This document shows positions 10,080-19,878 of a stretch of DNA of 64,000 nucleotides, in pieces. Under the pieces are notes generated by a model. It had not been told where the DNA came from and made no database searches. It worked only from the letters and a program-made list of their open reading frames with translations. Source of the DNA: Candidatus Latescibacterota bacterium (GTDB lineage: Bacteria > Latescibacterota > UBA2968 > GCA-2709665); assembly GCA_965222075.1 (NCBI GenBank), contig OZ244937.1, positions 576,001 to 640,000 on the forward strand, written 5' to 3'. Made by a program: the position numbers and the translations under genes. Every line of letters begins with the position of its first letter. Positions within the stretch are counted from its first letter, which is position 1.

Positions 10080-11116
10080 GGACAGGGCATTCCGGCTGGT
10101 GGCGTGACCTGCCTGCGCCGTGCCTTGCTCGGCAGGCAGGGCTGCGTCTGCTGGATCTGCCCCTTGCGGGGAGGCAGAGACAGGCCGGGATGGTTCTGAT
10201 CTTTTGCCTTGTCATTTTCCTTCCTTTCAGCCTCTCTGCCCAGGGATGGTCCGAGCACCGGGCCGATGGCCTTCTGCTCCGGTTTCAGGAGCCCGACCGC
10301 GCGCTGGCCGGTGCGCTGTTAGGCGATTTGATTGCAGGGCGGGCGGAGATCGCGCGCAGGCTGGGGGGGGTCGCCCAGGTCCCCATAGCCGTGTACCTGG
10401 CCCCTTCGGAGGAGGTATTCAGGGCGCTGACGGGGGGACGAATTCCCCACTGGGGGGTGGGTTGCGCGTTTCCCGAAGCGGGGATCGTCGTGCTGCGGAA
10501 GCTGCCGGGACAGCCCGATGCGCTTCTACTTACCGCCCGGCATGAGATCTGCCACATTTTGCTGCACCACGCTGTGCCGGGAAGGGTGCCGGTCTGGTTC
10601 AACGAAGGGGTGGCGATGTGGGGCGCCCAGGAGTGGCGGTTGCGTCAGAGCGCCGAGGTCTTCTACGCGATGTTTTCGGGAGGGCTCGTTCCGCTTTCCG
10701 AGATTGAGGACGTGCTCAGCTTTTCATCGTCCCGGGCGCACCTGGCCTATACCGAGAGCCTCCTGGCCGTGGTCTATCTGATCCACTTGGGGGGGCCCGA
10801 TGCGGTGGGCCGGATGATTGCGGACCTGAGTTCCGGCACCCCGTTTGACGTTGCCCTCTACCGTGTAACCGGCTACACGCCCCGGCGGTTTGAAAAGATG
10901 TGGGCCGATTACGTGTGGGGGCGGTTCAGTCTGATATCGCTGATGATTGCTCCGGAGGCGCTCTGGTTTTACCTGGCGCTTCTCTTTTTGGCCGCCTATG
11001 TGGCCGTGCGCTACCGCAACCGGCGTACCGTGCGGCGCTGGGAAGACGAGGGCCCTGCAGAGGTCCTGCCCCTGCGGTTGCGCCTTCAGGTCCACCGGCG
11101 GGAGGACCGGCTGTGA
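10076..11116 (+). CDS. Peptidase MA-superfamily metalloprotease with C-terminal TM helix
   Basis: HEICH zinc motif, PVWFNEGVA, signal-like hydrophobic segment; ATGA overlap with hflC. Confidence 0.8.
   Translation: MRTGHSGWWRDLPAPCLARQAGLRLLDLPLAGRQRQAGMVLIFCLVIFLPFSLSAQGWSEHRADGLLLRFQEPDRALAGALLGDLIAGRAEIARRLGGVAQVPIAVYLAPSEEVFRALTGGRIPHWGVGCAFPEAGIVVLRKLPGQPDALLLTARHEICHILLHHAVPGRVPVWFNEGVAMWGAQEWRLRQSAEVFYAMFSGGLVPLSEIEDVLSFSSSRAHLAYTESLLAVVYLIHLGGPDAVGRMIADLSSGTPFDVALYRVTGYTPRRFEKMWADYVWGRFSLISLMIAPEALWFYLALLFLAAYVAVRYRNRRTVRRWEDEGPAEVLPLRLRLQVHRREDRL
10108..10140. repeat. 33-bp bulged palindromic element (copy 2), in-frame in the peptidase N-terminus
   Basis: CCTGCCTGCGCCGTGCCTTGCTCGGCAGGCAGG; a degenerate relative follows at about 10156-10184. 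Confidence 0.8.
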
Positions 11117-11703
11117 GGGTGGGTGTGACGGGGGGAATCGGCGCGGGGAAGAGCAGCGTTTGCCGGGTCTTTGAGGCCGAGGGGGCGCTGGTGGTTGAGG
11201 CGGATGCGGTGGGACACGAGACAGCGGCGGACCCGGCGGTGCTCCCGGAGCTGGTGGCGGCTTTCGGCGCGGATATCACAGATGGGGAAGGCCGGCTGGT
11301 GAGGCGTGAACTGGGTCGGCGTGCGTTCGTCTCAGAGGCATCTCGACAAAAGCTCAATACAATTGTATGGCCGGCGCTGAACGAGCGCCTTCAGGCATCC
11401 GTCCGGAAGGCCCTGGGAGAACGTCCCGACCGGCTGGTGGTGATTGACGCTGCCCTCCTGGTGGAGTGGGGCGATCCCACCTGCGACGCGCTGGTGGTGG
11501 TGACGGCCCCTCCGGAGGCGCGGGTGGCGCGGACGGTATCGCGGCTGGGGATTTCCAGGGCCCAGGCCGAGGCGCGGATGGCGTCTCAGCTTCCGGATGA
11601 GGAGAAGATCCGGGTTGCGGACTACGTGATTGTGAACGACGGCTCGTTAGCGGAACTGGAACGGAAGGCGCGGGAGGTGTGGAAGCAGATTGTGAAAGGT
11701 TGA
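11113..11703 (+). CDS. coaE: Dephospho-CoA kinase
   Basis: VGVTGGIGAGKS, R..LG...F, DAALLVE, RMASQ; GTGA overlap. Confidence 0.95.
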   Translation: MRVGVTGGIGAGKSSVCRVFEAEGALVVEADAVGHETAADPAVLPELVAAFGADITDGEGRLVRRELGRRAFVSEASRQKLNTIVWPALNERLQASVRKALGERPDRLVVIDAALLVEWGDPTCDALVVVTAPPEARVARTVSRLGISRAQAEARMASQLPDEEKIRVADYVIVNDGSLAELERKAREVWKQIVKG

Positions 11704-11750
11704 GTGGGGGCTGGATTCGAAGGGTCTTTGTCTGAGGAATTCGATTGCTT

Positions 11751-13085
11751 ATGAACTATACGCCGCATACCGATCAGGATATTCAGAAGATGCTCGATGT
11801 CATCGGGGTCGCGTCCACGGCCGACCTGTTTGCGCCGGTGCCCGAGAGCCTGCGGCTGAAGGGGCTGGACCTGCCTGCCGGGATCAGCGAGATGGAGGCG
11901 GTGGCCCTGGTTCAGGACTTGGCACGGTGGGTGAGAGAAGACGCCCCCGAACTCTCTTTTTTGGGGGGCGGGGCGTATGAGCATTTTACGCCCAGCGTGG
12001 TGGATGCGATGATTTCCCGGGGCGAGTTTTATACGGCCTATACGCCCTACCAGCCCGAGGTGAGTCAGGGGACGCTTCGGGCGATTTTTGAGTTTCAGAC
12101 GATGATCTGTGAACTGACGGGTATGGAGGTGGCCAACGCCTCGATGTACGACGGGTCGTCGGCCCTGGCCGAAGCGGTGATGATGGCCGTCCGGATTAAC
12201 GACGGGGGGCGGGTGCTTCTGCCAAGGAGCCTTCATCCTTTTTATCGGAGGGTGGTGGAGACCTATGTTCGGGGGATTGGACTGGAGATTGTGGAGATCC
12301 CATGGACGGGTGCGGGGACGCTGGATCTGCAACGCGTGGAGGAGGAACTGGGCGGTGCGGCGGCAGTGGTGGTACAGAATCCAAATTTCTTAGGCGTGCT
12401 GGAACCGTTAGAGGAGGTCGGGGCGCTTGTGAACCCAACGCCGACGGCCTACGTGGCGGCGGTGAATCCGATTTCACTGGGGGTGATCCGGCCGCCGGGG
12501 GATTTTGGGGCGGATATTGTGGTGGGCGACGGCCAGCCCCTGGGCCTGCCGCTGTCTTACGGGGGCCCCTATGTAGGGTTTTTTGCCACGCGTGAGCAGT
12601 ACGTCCGTCGGATGCCGGGGCGGGTGTGCGGGCAGACAACGGACGTGGATGGGAAACGGGGGTTTGTGCTGACGCTTCAGACGCGCGAACAGCACATCCG
12701 GCGGGAGCGGGCGATGTCCAATATCTGCACCAACCAGACGCTTTGCGCAACCGCGGCAACGGTCTATCTCTCGGCCCTGGGACCGCAGGGTTTACGCGAG
12801 GTGGGGCTTCTCAACTGGAATCGAAGCCACCGGGCGGCAGAGGGGCTGAACGCCCTGGACGGCGTGGGGCTGAAATTTTCGGGGGCGACGTTCAACGAGT
12901 TTGCGGTTGAGACCGACCGAAAGGCGTCTGAGGTCCTGGGGGCGTTGCGGGGGAAGGGGATTGCGGCCGGTATCGATCTGGGCCGTTTCTTCCCGGAACT
13001 GGATAGATGCATTTTGACCTGCGTGACCGAAACCAAGACCGAGGCGGATATCGAGCGCTTCGTGGCCGCCTGGAGGGAAGCGTAA
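11751..13085 (+). CDS. gcvPA: Glycine dehydrogenase subunit 1
   Basis: YTPYQPEVSQG, NASMYDG, TREQHIRRE..SNICTNQ. Confidence 0.97.
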   Translation: MNYTPHTDQDIQKMLDVIGVASTADLFAPVPESLRLKGLDLPAGISEMEAVALVQDLARWVREDAPELSFLGGGAYEHFTPSVVDAMISRGEFYTAYTPYQPEVSQGTLRAIFEFQTMICELTGMEVANASMYDGSSALAEAVMMAVRINDGGRVLLPRSLHPFYRRVVETYVRGIGLEIVEIPWTGAGTLDLQRVEEELGGAAAVVVQNPNFLGVLEPLEEVGALVNPTPTAYVAAVNPISLGVIRPPGDFGADIVVGDGQPLGLPLSYGGPYVGFFATREQYVRRMPGRVCGQTTDVDGKRGFVLTLQTREQHIRRERAMSNICTNQTLCATAATVYLSALGPQGLREVGLLNWNRSHRAAEGLNALDGVGLKFSGATFNEFAVETDRKASEVLGALRGKGIAAGIDLGRFFPELDRCILTCVTETKTEADIERFVAAWREA

Positions 13086-14536
13086 TGGATCGGGATCTTC
13101 TGATTTTTGAACGGGGCGAGGCAGGACGTCGATGCACGATTTTTCCCGATGCGGGCGATCCCGTTGTTCCCATTCCCGAGGGGATGCGGAGGGATAGGCA
13201 GCCGGCGCTACCGGAGGTGAGCGAACTGGAGATGGTGCGCCACTATGTGGGGCTGTCTTCGATGAATTTCAGCATCGATACGGTTTTCTATCCCCTCGGC
13301 TCGTGTACGATGAAGTACAATCCGAAAGTGCACGAGCGGGCCGCCCGCGTTCCCGAGATTGCAGGGATGCATCCCTTTGCGGACGGAGCGCAGGCGCAAC
13401 CGGCGCTCCGGGTGCTCTGGGAGATGGAGCAAGTGCTCAAAACCGTTACCGGTATGGACGGGTTTACGTTCCAGCCGGCGGCGGGCGCACAGGGAGAGTT
13501 TGTGGGAATTTCCCTGGTTGCGGCCTACCACCGGGCGATGGGCAACCAGAAGAAGGTAGTGCTGGTCCCGGATTCGGCGCACGGCACCAACCCGGCCACG
13601 GCGGCCATGTGCGGGTACTCGGTGGAGACGATCCGGTCGACGGACCGGGGTACGGTGGATGTGGACGATCTGGAGGCCAGGATGGGCGACGAGGTTGCCG
13701 CGCTGATGCTGACGAACCCCAATACCTTTGGGGTGTTTGAGGACGAGATCTTAGAGGTTGCACGGATCGTGCACAAGGGCGGCGGCCTTCTCTACTACGA
13801 CGGTGCGAATCTGAACGCCTTTCTGGGGCAGTGCCGTCCGGGCGATATGGGGTTCGACGTGGTCCACATCAATCTGCACAAGACCTTTACCACGCCCCAC
13901 GGGGGAGGGGGCCCCGGATCGGGACCGGTGGGGGTGAAGGATGCGCTGCTTCCCTACTTGCCGATTCCGGTGGTGGTGGAGGAGGAGGGGCGTTTCCGCC
14001 TCGATTTCGACCGGCCCGAGTCGATCGGCAAGACCAGCACGTTCTACGGGAACTTCGGCATGGTGATCCGGGCCTATGTGTATGCCCGGATGCTGGGCGC
14101 AGAAGGGATGCGTCGTACCAGCGAGATGGCGGTGCTGAATGCGAACTATATTGCAAAAAGGCTCGATTCCTATTACGACCGTCCCAAAAAGGCCCAGCCG
14201 ATGCACGAGATGGTTTTTTCGGCATCCCGGCAGAAACGCGAACACGGGGTGAGCGCGCTGGATATTGCCAAGCGGCTGATCGATTACGGCCATCATCCCC
14301 CAACGATCTACTTTCCTCTGCCCAATGTCGCTCCGGAAGCGATGCTGATTGAACCGACCGAGACCGAGAGCGTAGAACAGATCGATGACTTTGTTGAGGC
14401 AATGATCCGGATCGCAACAGAAGCGGCAGAGGACCCGGACCTGCTCCACGAGGCGCCCCACGATACACCGGTTCGAAGGCTGGACGAAGCCACGGCCGCC
14501 CGCAAGCCGGTGTTGAGGTGGAAACCGAAGCGGTGA
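13085..14536 (+). CDS. gcvPB: Glycine dehydrogenase subunit 2
   Basis: PLGSCTMKYNP, SAHGTNPA, PLP lysine motif NLHKTFTTPHGGGGPG. Confidence 0.97.
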   Translation: MDRDLLIFERGEAGRRCTIFPDAGDPVVPIPEGMRRDRQPALPEVSELEMVRHYVGLSSMNFSIDTVFYPLGSCTMKYNPKVHERAARVPEIAGMHPFADGAQAQPALRVLWEMEQVLKTVTGMDGFTFQPAAGAQGEFVGISLVAAYHRAMGNQKKVVLVPDSAHGTNPATAAMCGYSVETIRSTDRGTVDVDDLEARMGDEVAALMLTNPNTFGVFEDEILEVARIVHKGGGLLYYDGANLNAFLGQCRPGDMGFDVVHINLHKTFTTPHGGGGPGSGPVGVKDALLPYLPIPVVVEEEGRFRLDFDRPESIGKTSTFYGNFGMVIRAYVYARMLGAEGMRRTSEMAVLNANYIAKRLDSYYDRPKKAQPMHEMVFSASRQKREHGVSALDIAKRLIDYGHHPPTIYFPLPNVAPEAMLIEPTETESVEQIDDFVEAMIRIATEAAEDPDLLHEAPHDTPVRRLDEATAARKPVLRWKPKR

Positions 14537-14585
14537 AAGGACGGGGCAGAGGGCAAAAGACGGGATGCTGGCACCGCTCCTGAAT

Positions 14586-14987
14586 TTATGGCCCCGGACG
14601 GGTGATTTCGATCAGGTTGCCGTCGGGGTCCTGGCAGAAGACAAACCGGCTGCCTTCGTGCGGCCTTGTTCCGGGGCCTCCAACGATCCGGATCCATTCG
14701 CCGTCTAAAGATTTGAGCACCCGCTCGAAGTCTGAGACCTCAAACGCGATGTGGCGCCGGGACGGTCCGGGATGTTCTTCCGCTACCAGGAGGTGTACTT
14801 CCAGACCTCCGCATTGGTACCAGGCCCCTTCAAAGTCGTAATCGGGCCTGGGAATGGGCTCTAACCCGAGGAATTTCTCGTAGAAGGACCTGGCCCGATC
14901 CAGATCGCTCACCACCAGGGTGATGTGATGTACTCCCTTAATATCCAGGACTCTGTGGGTGGGCTCACCCTCTTTCAAGGCATCCAC
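14586..14987 (-). CDS. VOC/glyoxalase family protein
   Basis: HHITLVVSDL, HIAFEV, DPDGNLIE. Confidence 0.9.
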   Translation of the reverse strand: MDALKEGEPTHRVLDIKGVHHITLVVSDLDRARSFYEKFLGLEPIPRPDYDFEGAWYQCGGLEVHLLVAEEHPGPSRRHIAFEVSDFERVLKSLDGEWIRIVGGPGTRPHEGSRFVFCQDPDGNLIEITRPGP

Positions 14988-14991
14988 GGTT

Positions 14992-15873
14992 TCAGTTCTC
15001 CGTCAGATAGGTGCGAATTTTCCGCATCCGTGAAGGGTGTTTGAGCGTTGCTAAGGCCTTGTCCCGAATCTGCCGAACGCGCTCCTTGGTGAGACTGATC
15101 TGGTTGCCAATCTGTTCGAGTGTCATCGGCTCTTCGTCGTTGATCCCGAAGTAGAACCTCAGGACCTGGGCTTCCCGCGGTGAGAGCGTGTCGAGCACCG
15201 CCCGGACCTCATCGGCCATGGCCCGCTCCATCACCTCCACTTCCGGAGTCACCTGATCCTTGTCCGCCAGGATCTCAAGGAGGGAGGTGTTGGGGCCCTC
15301 CTCAAGCGGCGTATCGAGTGAGAGGTGCCACCGGGAGGCGTCGAAGAGGTCCTGGGCCTGTTTGGGGTGCATCTCCGCAGATTTGGCGATCTCTTCGATG
15401 CTGGGCTCCCGGCCCAGTTTCTGTTTGAGGCTTGAAGCGACGCGCTCCAGTCTGCAGAGGTGCTTGAGCTTGTTGACGGGAAGTCTGACCATGCGGGCCT
15501 TCTCGGCCAGCGCAGAGAGGATGCCCTGGCGTATCCACCAGACCGCGTAGGTTGTAAATTTTACACCCACCCCTCCGTCGTAACGCGTTGCGGCCCGGAC
15601 CAATCCCACGTTGCCTTCGGCAATCAGGTCTTCCAGGGGCAGCCCCCGCCCCTGGTATTCTTTGGCGATTGTGATCACAAACCGAAGATTCGATTCGACC
15701 ATCTGATTCAGGCTCTTGCGGTCTCCCGCTCGGATACTCTTGGCCAGTTCGACCTCCTCCTGGGGTGTCAGCAGGGCATTATAGGCGATATCCTTCAGGT
15801 AGAGTTCAAGCGCAGAGCGCCTCCGGCCGGTCGTTTCGGATCGGGTTTCTCGACTCATAAGCGTGGTAGGCAT
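14992..15873 (-). CDS. RNA polymerase sigma70-family factor (RpoD/RpoS-like, no region 1.1)
   Basis: NLRFV..IAK, DLIAEGNVGL, YAVWWIRQ, TKERVRQI. Confidence 0.92.
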   Translation of the reverse strand: MPTTLMSRETRSETTGRRRSALELYLKDIAYNALLTPQEEVELAKSIRAGDRKSLNQMVESNLRFVITIAKEYQGRGLPLEDLIAEGNVGLVRAATRYDGGVGVKFTTYAVWWIRQGILSALAEKARMVRLPVNKLKHLCRLERVASSLKQKLGREPSIEEIAKSAEMHPKQAQDLFDASRWHLSLDTPLEEGPNTSLLEILADKDQVTPEVEVMERAMADEVRAVLDTLSPREAQVLRFYFGINDEEPMTLEQIGNQISLTKERVRQIRDKALATLKHPSRMRKIRTYLTEN

Positions 15874-16018
15874 TGCTTTCCCCCGGAAAAGTAGGATCAT
15901 TTGGCAGTCACCTACAATTCTTCAGACACGATTTCTGCGGCCTTTCCCTGGCCTGTTGGAGGAGGGGCTGAGAGAAGGTCCGGAAATACGAATTTTGTGT
16001 GTATTGCCATCACAACAG

Positions 16019-16034
16019 GCAAACAGTGTACCAG
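16019..16034 (-). promoter_or_regulatory. Putative sigma54 promoter upstream of the sigma70 gene
   Basis: Minus strand CTGGTACACTGTTTGC, GG-N10-GC. Confidence 0.6.
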
Positions 16035-16100
16035 ATGCGTTCCAGGCATCTTCTGCAAGGCCTGGAACGTTTTAAAACCGGACATCAGAGATACGATACC

Positions 16101-16282
16101 TGTTGGGGAAAGGGGAGAAACAATCGCTGGGGAGAAGAAAGATCGCCCAATTCCTCATCACGTAAAGAGGAATGCCTGAAGGTGGAACCATTCGTTCCAT
16201 CTTGAGCCTGTTTGGCAGACGTCAAGATGGCCTTCAAGGCCAGCCATTTTGGACTTGTGGGGAAACAATAGGTGGGGAGAAG
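16101..16282. repeat. Imperfect direct repeat pair, candidate enhancer sites
   Basis: GGGGAGAAACAATCGCTGGGGAGAAG (~16112-16137) and GGGGAAACAATAGGTGGGGAGAAG (~16259-16282). Confidence 0.5.
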
Positions 16283-16459
16283 CAGGGAAGATAAGAGGAG
16301 CTGTCCAGGGGAACAAAATCAATACGTACGCGACGTGTGGCTTCTTTTCTCTTACACCTCCTTATCGTAGGCGTGATATAAAAAACGGTGTGGGATACCA
16401 AGATAAGGTATGAACTGCGATTTGTCAACAGAAGAATAGAGACGCCTTCCGGGATGTCG

Positions 16460-16493
16460 AAGGGCCGACTTCCGTGCTGGAGGTCGGCCCTTT
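16460..16493 (-). terminator. Hairpin downstream of ferritin
   Basis: AAGGGCCGACTTCC-gtgct-GGAGGTCGGCCCTT. Confidence 0.6.
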
Positions 16494-16512
16494 ACGTTTT
16501 GGGTTGCGACGC

Positions 16513-17019
16513 TTATTTCTCCATATCGTCGGCGTTTCGCTGGCCCATATCTCGGTCCAGCAGAAAGAGCCCGTTTCCGTCGTTGCCCACGAGTTTGAGT
16601 TTGTGGACGATCTCGTGGGCGGCCGCTTCCTCTTCTACCTGCTCGGTCACAAACCACTGCAGGAAAGTATTGGTGGCGTGATCGCGTTCCTCCAGGCTCA
16701 GGTCAACCAGATGGTTGATCTGGGCAGAGACTTCTTTTTCGTGTTCATAGGCATATTCGAACGCGGCCAGGGGGCTGTTCCATTTCAGGGAGGGCGCTTT
16801 CACTTCCCTCAGATCGATATTGCCTTCCCTATCGTTGATAAAGTCGTAGATTTTCATAGCATGTACCAGCTCTTCCCCGGCCTGTGCACGCATCCAGATT
16901 GCAAAACCGCCGAGGTTAATCGACTGGAAATGGGCAGACGTTGCCAGGTAGAGATACGCCGCGTAAAATTCAGCGTTGAGCTGCCCGTTTAACGCGTTCT
17001 GTATTTTATCGCTGATCAT
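16513..17019 (-). CDS. ftnA: Non-haem ferritin
   Basis: LNGQLNAEFYAAYLY, EELVHAMK, FLQWFVTEQVEEE ferroxidase motifs. Confidence 0.95.
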   Translation of the reverse strand: MISDKIQNALNGQLNAEFYAAYLYLATSAHFQSINLGGFAIWMRAQAGEELVHAMKIYDFINDREGNIDLREVKAPSLKWNSPLAAFEYAYEHEKEVSAQINHLVDLSLEERDHATNTFLQWFVTEQVEEEAAAHEIVHKLKLVGNDGNGLFLLDRDMGQRNADDMEK

Positions 17020-17091
17020 GACTTTCCCTTTTTGTGAATACGACCAACATGTATGATTAGACCTGAAATAGAATTACCAAGAGGGACCTTA

Positions 17092-17120
17092 ATTATACCA
17101 AAAAGGAGGAAGGAATCCAA
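17092..17120 (-). promoter_or_regulatory. Putative sigma70 promoter for ferritin
   Basis: Minus TTGGAT-N17-TATAAT. Confidence 0.45.
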
Positions 17121-17190
17121 CATATTTCATGGTCTTGATTTCAGCGGATGGTCGGTTCACGTCTCTCTTGCGCAGCGACCGGTACAACAT

Positions 17191-17232
17191 AAAAAAACCT
17201 CCCTGTTCTTCCACCTGAAGAATAGGGAGGTT
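17191..17232 (-). terminator. Intrinsic terminator of the TonB receptor gene
   Basis: Minus AACCTCCCTATTCTTC-aggtg-GAAGAACAGGGAGG followed by a T7 run. Confidence 0.8.
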
Positions 17233-17283
17233 CGGGCTAAGCGATAGAGGTTGTCTTGTCCGGGCAGGCAGCGCCGGGGTAAA

Positions 17284-19569
17284 TTAAAAGTCGGTCTTGA
17301 TGCCAGCCATAAACGTGCGGGGCATTCCGGGGCGCACGCCGGCCGGACGCCGGGCGGCGATATAGGTTTTGTTTGTCAGGTTCCTCACACCACCAAACAG
17401 TTTGGCCTTTGGCAAGAGGGCGACTTCAGTGGACGCATCAACCGTAAAGTGGGCCCGGGTGCTTTCCCCGGCAAGAACCGCGCCCGAGCCGGCTTTCGTG
17501 CGCATTCCGTCGGTGTATTTGGCGCTCAGGTCCACGCCCCACCGGCCGCTTTCAATGCCGAAGCCTGCGAAGATCTGGTGCCTGGGGATGTAGGGAATCT
17601 CGTCGCCGGTTTTCACGGTTCCCCAGGGTTCGAAATCGCTTTTGAAGTCGTGCCTGAATTCGGCGCTGGTGTAGGTGTAGGCGATGCGGAACGGAATAGA
17701 AAACAGCCCTCCGGAGGCGTTGGCCAGGTCGTAGTGCAGGCCCAATTCCACCCCTCTGGCGACGGCTTTTCCACCGTTAAACTGGTCTCCGGAACCGGTT
17801 CCCCCTGCGGCTGCCAGGTCCGCGCCCAGCAGGTTGCTGTAGTCGTTGAGGTAGACGACCGCCTGGGCGTTCAAGGCGCCTTTTCCGTAGCGGAGTCCCA
17901 GTTCGTAGTTGATACTGTTTTCCGGCCTGGTGCCATCTTTAGAGCCGGGAGGGGCAAATCCTTTGTGGATGCCGACAAATGCACTTGTAGATGGGCTGAA
18001 TCTGTAATTCAGGCCCAGGCCGGGGATCCAGACGTCTACGCTGTTTTCCCTCGTTTTGAGGCTGGAGCCGGTACGGTCCGGATCGTTTTTGCCATAGTCT
18101 TTGCGTTCGATTTTGACGTTCTCGTAACGAAGACCCGGAGTGGCCGACAGGTTGCCATAGATGAGTTTGTTGTGCAGGTAGGAAGCAAAGGCGGTTGCGG
18201 TTTCGATCCGATTGCTCTCCGTGCCCTTTGTGCCGACGCCGGCCAATTTCATCACTCCGTTGTCCATTTTATACAGGTCCACCCATTGGAACCGATCGAT
18301 CTGGTCTTTGTGGAATCGGAGGCCGACCTCCAGATGGTGTTTTAAGCTGCCGCGGTCGGTCTGAAGTCCAAAGACAGACTGGACGCCCTGGGCATAGTAG
18401 TCGCGGTTGTTTGCCTTGACCTCCAGGGCATTGTCGTTGGGGCTGGTGCTGCCGGTCACAATCGCATACTCGGCTGCGTGTTGGACGGGGTCTTCAAGGA
18501 TTGCCGCGATCTTTGTACGGTTGCCGTCGGCGGCTGCTCTGATCCTGTCCAGCTTATACCAGTTGCGGTGGAAGGTGTTGCGGTAGAAGATGGCTGTGAA
18601 GTCGAAGGAGCCGCCCGGCTGAACGAAGTACCGGACCTGGAGCTGCTCATGTTTCGTGTTCATCTGATCAACGTGGGATGCGGCGTAGCGGCGATAGGGG
18701 GTCACTTTGAAGTCCTCGTCGGTGAGTCCCAGGTAGGTCTCGTTGGAGACCTCGTCGGTCTGGCCCAGCTTGAGCATCAGTTCCTGATAGACTTCGGCGT
18801 CTCTGTCGGTGTTGAGGCGAAACTTGGCGATGTAATCTTTTTTGTCGAAGCCCGTGTTGCCCCCGCCGTCGAGATTTTTAAACCCGTCGGCCTTTGCCAG
18901 GTAGGCCTCAACCAGCCAGCCGAAGTTCCCGTAGGCGTCTCCCGCAGATGTCCGGATGTTGCGGGAGCTGTTTTCGCCGATCACGAGGTGTGCCCGCCCG
19001 GTGAGGTCGTAGGGTATGGGCGTTGAGAGCATGTTCAGGGCGCCGCCGGTGGTATAGGGGCCGTGCTTGATCTGGCTGGACCCCTTGCGGACTTCGATGC
19101 TTTGCATGCGGCCGGCGGTTGGGAAATAGTAAGCCGCCGGGGCCGCGTAGGGCGCCGGCGCCATCAGGATGCCGTCTTCCATCACGGTAATTTTCGAGCT
19201 GCGCTCCGAGCTGGTCCCTCGTATTCCGATGTTTGGGCGCAGGCCGTAGCCGTCTTCTTCCTGGAGGTTGACCCCGGGGATCTCCCGCAGGATGCGGTTG
19301 ATGTCGTTGTGGTTCTGTTTGTCCAGCCTGGCTTTGTCGATATAGTAAGCCGATCCCGGAATTTCGTCGATCTTGTCGGGGTCGCCGACGACCATCACGC
19401 GGTCGAGGATGATGACGTCCGGTTCGAGCTGTTTCCGGATTTCGGCCTGTGCCTCTTCCGATTTTTCAACCTGTTCCTGCTCTTTTTTTTGTTCTTTGGC
19501 TTCGGCCTGTACCTGTCCGATCAAGCCATACATCAGGATAAGGGATACGAAGATACGGACTTTCACCAT
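17284..19569 (-). CDS. TonB-dependent receptor, FecA-like
   Basis: Signal peptide; plug motifs EEDGYGLRPNIGIRG, APAPYAAPAAYYFP, IEVRKG; C-terminal Phe. Confidence 0.92.
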   Translation of the reverse strand: MVKVRIFVSLILMYGLIGQVQAEAKEQKKEQEQVEKSEEAQAEIRKQLEPDVIILDRVMVVGDPDKIDEIPGSAYYIDKARLDKQNHNDINRILREIPGVNLQEEDGYGLRPNIGIRGTSSERSSKITVMEDGILMAPAPYAAPAAYYFPTAGRMQSIEVRKGSSQIKHGPYTTGGALNMLSTPIPYDLTGRAHLVIGENSSRNIRTSAGDAYGNFGWLVEAYLAKADGFKNLDGGGNTGFDKKDYIAKFRLNTDRDAEVYQELMLKLGQTDEVSNETYLGLTDEDFKVTPYRRYAASHVDQMNTKHEQLQVRYFVQPGGSFDFTAIFYRNTFHRNWYKLDRIRAAADGNRTKIAAILEDPVQHAAEYAIVTGSTSPNDNALEVKANNRDYYAQGVQSVFGLQTDRGSLKHHLEVGLRFHKDQIDRFQWVDLYKMDNGVMKLAGVGTKGTESNRIETATAFASYLHNKLIYGNLSATPGLRYENVKIERKDYGKNDPDRTGSSLKTRENSVDVWIPGLGLNYRFSPSTSAFVGIHKGFAPPGSKDGTRPENSINYELGLRYGKGALNAQAVVYLNDYSNLLGADLAAAGGTGSGDQFNGGKAVARGVELGLHYDLANASGGLFSIPFRIAYTYTSAEFRHDFKSDFEPWGTVKTGDEIPYIPRHQIFAGFGIESGRWGVDLSAKYTDGMRTKAGSGAVLAGESTRAHFTVDASTEVALLPKAKLFGGVRNLTNKTYIAARRPAGVRPGMPRTFMAGIKTDF

Positions 19570-19607
19570 TTCACAAACCCTCCAGTTTTATGTGTAGCAG
19601 ACATATA

Positions 19608-19657
19608 TTTTATATATAAAACATTTGTAATATATAACATACTCTTCTGAATGTCAA
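19608..19657 (-). promoter_or_regulatory. sigma70 promoter with adjacent palindromic operator candidate
   Basis: Minus TTGACA-N17-TATATT (19657-19629); perfect palindrome TTTTATATATAAAA at 19608-19621. Confidence 0.55.
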
Positions 19658-19878
19658 CTAAAATTTGGATCGTTTTAAAATAAAAGTGGCTTATGCTAAT
19701 ATGTTGAACCGTTTTTCTGCGTATGGGTTCACGTCAATAAAGTGTTCACCGTATTGTTATGCAGGATTTCGTATTGGGGAAAAGTGTTGGAGAAGAGGCG
19801 GCTGTTGTATATTTTAGACTGGAAAGACCGTTACTGATTAAGATATTGAATGCAGGATCCGAACCAGGGGGCCTGGCT

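Noticed and set aside
15901-16428. Short ORFs in the sigma-ferritin spacer
   Set aside because: No motifs or convincing RBS; the region is better explained as regulatory.
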